In this document: positions 61,617-64,000 of the stretch, one piece after another
Position numbering within the stretch: position 1 is the first letter of the stretch
How the letters are laid out: every line of letters begins with the position of its first letter
Source: Octopus sinensis
Taxonomy: Eukaryota
Assembly: GCF_006345805.1 (NCBI RefSeq)
Contig: NC_043006.1
Location: 89,032,001 to 89,096,000, forward strand
Direction: 5' to 3'
Length of the DNA stretch: 64,000 nucleotides
Notes under the pieces: generated by a model
Seen by the model: the letters and a program-made list of their open reading frames with translations, nothing else
The model's database searches: none
Told to the model about the DNA's origin: nothing
Made by a program: the position numbers and the translations under genes

Positions 61617-63420
61617 AGTAAGATAGCGGCGCATGCCATGTAAGTGATACTAGGGTACAAATATACGACACCCAATATACCCATCATGACTACCCGTCTG
61701 ATAAGGGTACACCAGGCACATGCATCACAACACAGTTGTATCTGCATCCAGTTCTGTTTAACATGTCAGAAAAGGAGTGGAGTGGGGATAGCGTGTCTGC
61801 CTGGAATATTCCTCTCCTAATTGGGATGGCTTTGGTTTTTATGAGTCCCTCTCTTGTCTGGAGCTGTAGCACTGTCTACTATTTTTTCATGTAATATTTT
61901 ATATACTTTATGATTATTGGTGCTACCTTGCTAGTGTTTCTAGGATCCATATGTGGGGAATACTATTAAAAGCCTATCGGTAATCGATCCAGACCATACT
62001 TAGTCCCTTCTTCTTTCTGTGGCTGTCTTCAGTTATGGCTTTATTTATCAGTAGCTGATCTTTACAGCCATATGAGCCCTTGCAGCAGCCCCTCTGCTCT
62101 TCTGGAAGCAGGTTGCCGTTCAGTGGATTCGGGAATTAGGATAGTTTTCCCTTCATTAAGCCATTCAGGCATTGTCTCTGGCTCTGCTAGTATTTCATTA
62201 AATTTTTCAGCCAGCTTTTTATGTGTTCCTGTTAGGTATTTTAACCAGAAGTTGGGGATCTTGTCGTACCCAGGTGTCTTTCAGTTGCTTAGTTTTTGCA
62301 GTGCCTGGGTGATCACTTCAGTTGTTATAGGGGTCCAGAGTTGATCGTTGTTTTGATAAATCTTTTCTGAGGTAGTTCCTTCGCCGACCAGATTTCTTTC
62401 CAAAACTCTTCCATTTCTTCTGCTGTTGGTGCCTCATTGATCTCTGTTTTATTTTTGCCAAGTTCTTGGTAGAATCTTTTGTAGTTGGAGTTGAACTGTT
62501 TGTTTGTTCAAAGAAACGTTGACGTTTCTCATACCAGTAGATTCTTTATGCTTTGGCGAGTATATCTTGCTTTGGCTGTTCATTTACCTCAGGTATACCT
62601 TGTTCTGTAATTTAGAATTTACGAAGTATTTTTCTTCTCTTCTTGTTGCTTAATAGCACCAATAATCATAAAGTATATAAAACATTACATGAAAAAATAG
62701 TAGACAGTGCTACAGCTCCAGACAAGAGAGGGACTCATAAAAAGATTGACAGATCCTTTCTCTTATTTTCTATTTTTTCCTGGATATTATTTATCCACAG
62801 GGTTTGTCTGGGTGGTGATACTCCTGTTTCGATGGGTTTTAGGGGCTATCCAGCTTCTTTTGTGGCCAGAGGGGCTGCTGCATATCATATATTATATCAA
62901 TTAGCCTGGTCATACTGACATTTGTTTTTGTGTCTATTAGTTCTGTGACGGCCAGGTTCATGCTATTTATTATTGATGCTGTTTTACTATCAATTTTAAC
63001 TTCTGGGTGGTACAATCGGTGGTCCATACTGAGATCTGTGGCTTTCAATTCTTTGATTATATTCGTTTTTAGAGTATCATAATCAATAGTTTCACCTTCA
63101 TTGTTTCCAGGTTTTAGATTTGTTTCGTATTTCCTCCCGTTCATATTTTTGTTCGTGGTATTCTGGTTTGGTGCATTTTGCTCATCATTAAACGATCTTA
63201 GTTTGTTGTCTTTCGTTGTTTACTTCGTTTTTGTTGGACATGTTACGTCTGTCTTCGTGTTTTACAGTCCCAGTGCTTTTTCCTGATGTATTTTTCCTTT
63301 TAAGTGTTCTATTTCTATTTCTGATATTTTTTTGAGAATATATCTCCGTATGTTAGCTAGTTTATTAGGGTTGTGCACGTGTAGTTTTTCGTACTTTTTG
63401 CGTAACAAGTTTAAAGTACA
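61617..63420 (-). mobile_element. Minus-strand composite: multiply deleted D2-family element joined to a different 3' UTR (family D4)
   Basis: RT pieces homologous to 58400-59080; N-terminal ORF 62839-63144 and NKLANIRRYIL..EIEIEHL near 63330. 61617-61738 is a distinct 3' UTR ending in (AAT)n. Confidence 0.8.
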
Positions 63421-63426
63421 TACTTT

Positions 63427-63470
<44 letters not shown>

Positions 63471-63486
63471 TATTATTATTATCCTT

Positions 63487-63790
63487 ATTATTCAGTAGTC
63501 TTATTCTTTTTACGTGCTTTCACTGCACTACCGAGCACAGCGATTATTGGTCTATAATTTCTAACTGCATTACCCTAGCCTTTATCTTTCATAAGGAATA
63601 GTGTTCTCCATCTACTCATAAAATCTGGTATTATTCCTCCATTCAGGTAATACTGAAGTTGTTCCCTAAGCTTCCCATGTAAACTACTAAATTTCTTTAG
63701 CTAGTACCCTTGATCTAAATCTAGTCCTGGGCCCTTCCAGTTTGGCATTGTCCTTAACACTTTACGACACATCAGATATTACAAGATGAG
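63487..63790 (-). mobile_element. D2 3' tip (63487-63535) joined to an RT fragment of another Dong-like family (63536-63790)
   Basis: Minus strand VLRTMPNWKGPGLD..LKKFSSLHGKLREQLQ..NYRPI, then GCTGTGCTCGGTAGTGCAGTGAAAGCACG..ACTACTG(AAT)n. Confidence 0.75.
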
Positions 63791-63855
63791 GGGAAATGAG
63801 AGATAGCTATTTTCGTCAAAAAGCTTGATTTTATAAAATGAGTAAAACGATAAAC

Positions 63856-63896
<41 letters not shown>

Positions 63897-63901
63897 TGAT
63901 G

Positions 63902-63962
<61 letters not shown>

Positions 63963-63967
63963 TGATG

Positions 63968-64000
<33 letters not shown>
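63856..64000. repeat. (AAT)n/(GAT) microsatellite running off the window
   Basis: Directly visible. Confidence 0.97.

Overview
AT-rich animal genomic DNA; the repeat repertoire points to a cephalopod, probably Octopus (inference, not searched). I found no convincing host gene: the window is almost entirely microsatellites and transposon-derived sequence. 0-21 kb holds tRNA-headed SINEs, decayed mariner and DD37D (maT-type) Tc1/mariner elements, eroded Penelope-like (Naiad-type) and CR1/L2-group remnants, and several short minus-strand hammerhead-ribozyme-like motifs. Three of these motifs share a non-canonical UUGAAAA core that keeps the 3-8 pair as U-A. 22.3-34.3 kb holds two related Tx1/L1-clade LINEs (ORF1 zinc knuckle; APE-RT-Cys-rich ORF2) fused head-to-tail on the minus strand inside a (GATA)n tract. 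35-50 kb holds a piggyBac-like MITE, a SINE cluster (one copy with a Tx1-like 3' tail), a whole decayed Naiad-type Penelope ORF and a degenerate 33-bp array. 50-64 kb is a stack of R4/Dong-like RLE retrotransposons from at least four families in (TAA)n/(GAT)n tracts, with nesting, near-identical 3' tips, a probable 2.3-kb inversion and a templated insertion. All long retroelement ORFs carry stops or frameshifts. Translations, alignments and folds were done by eye.
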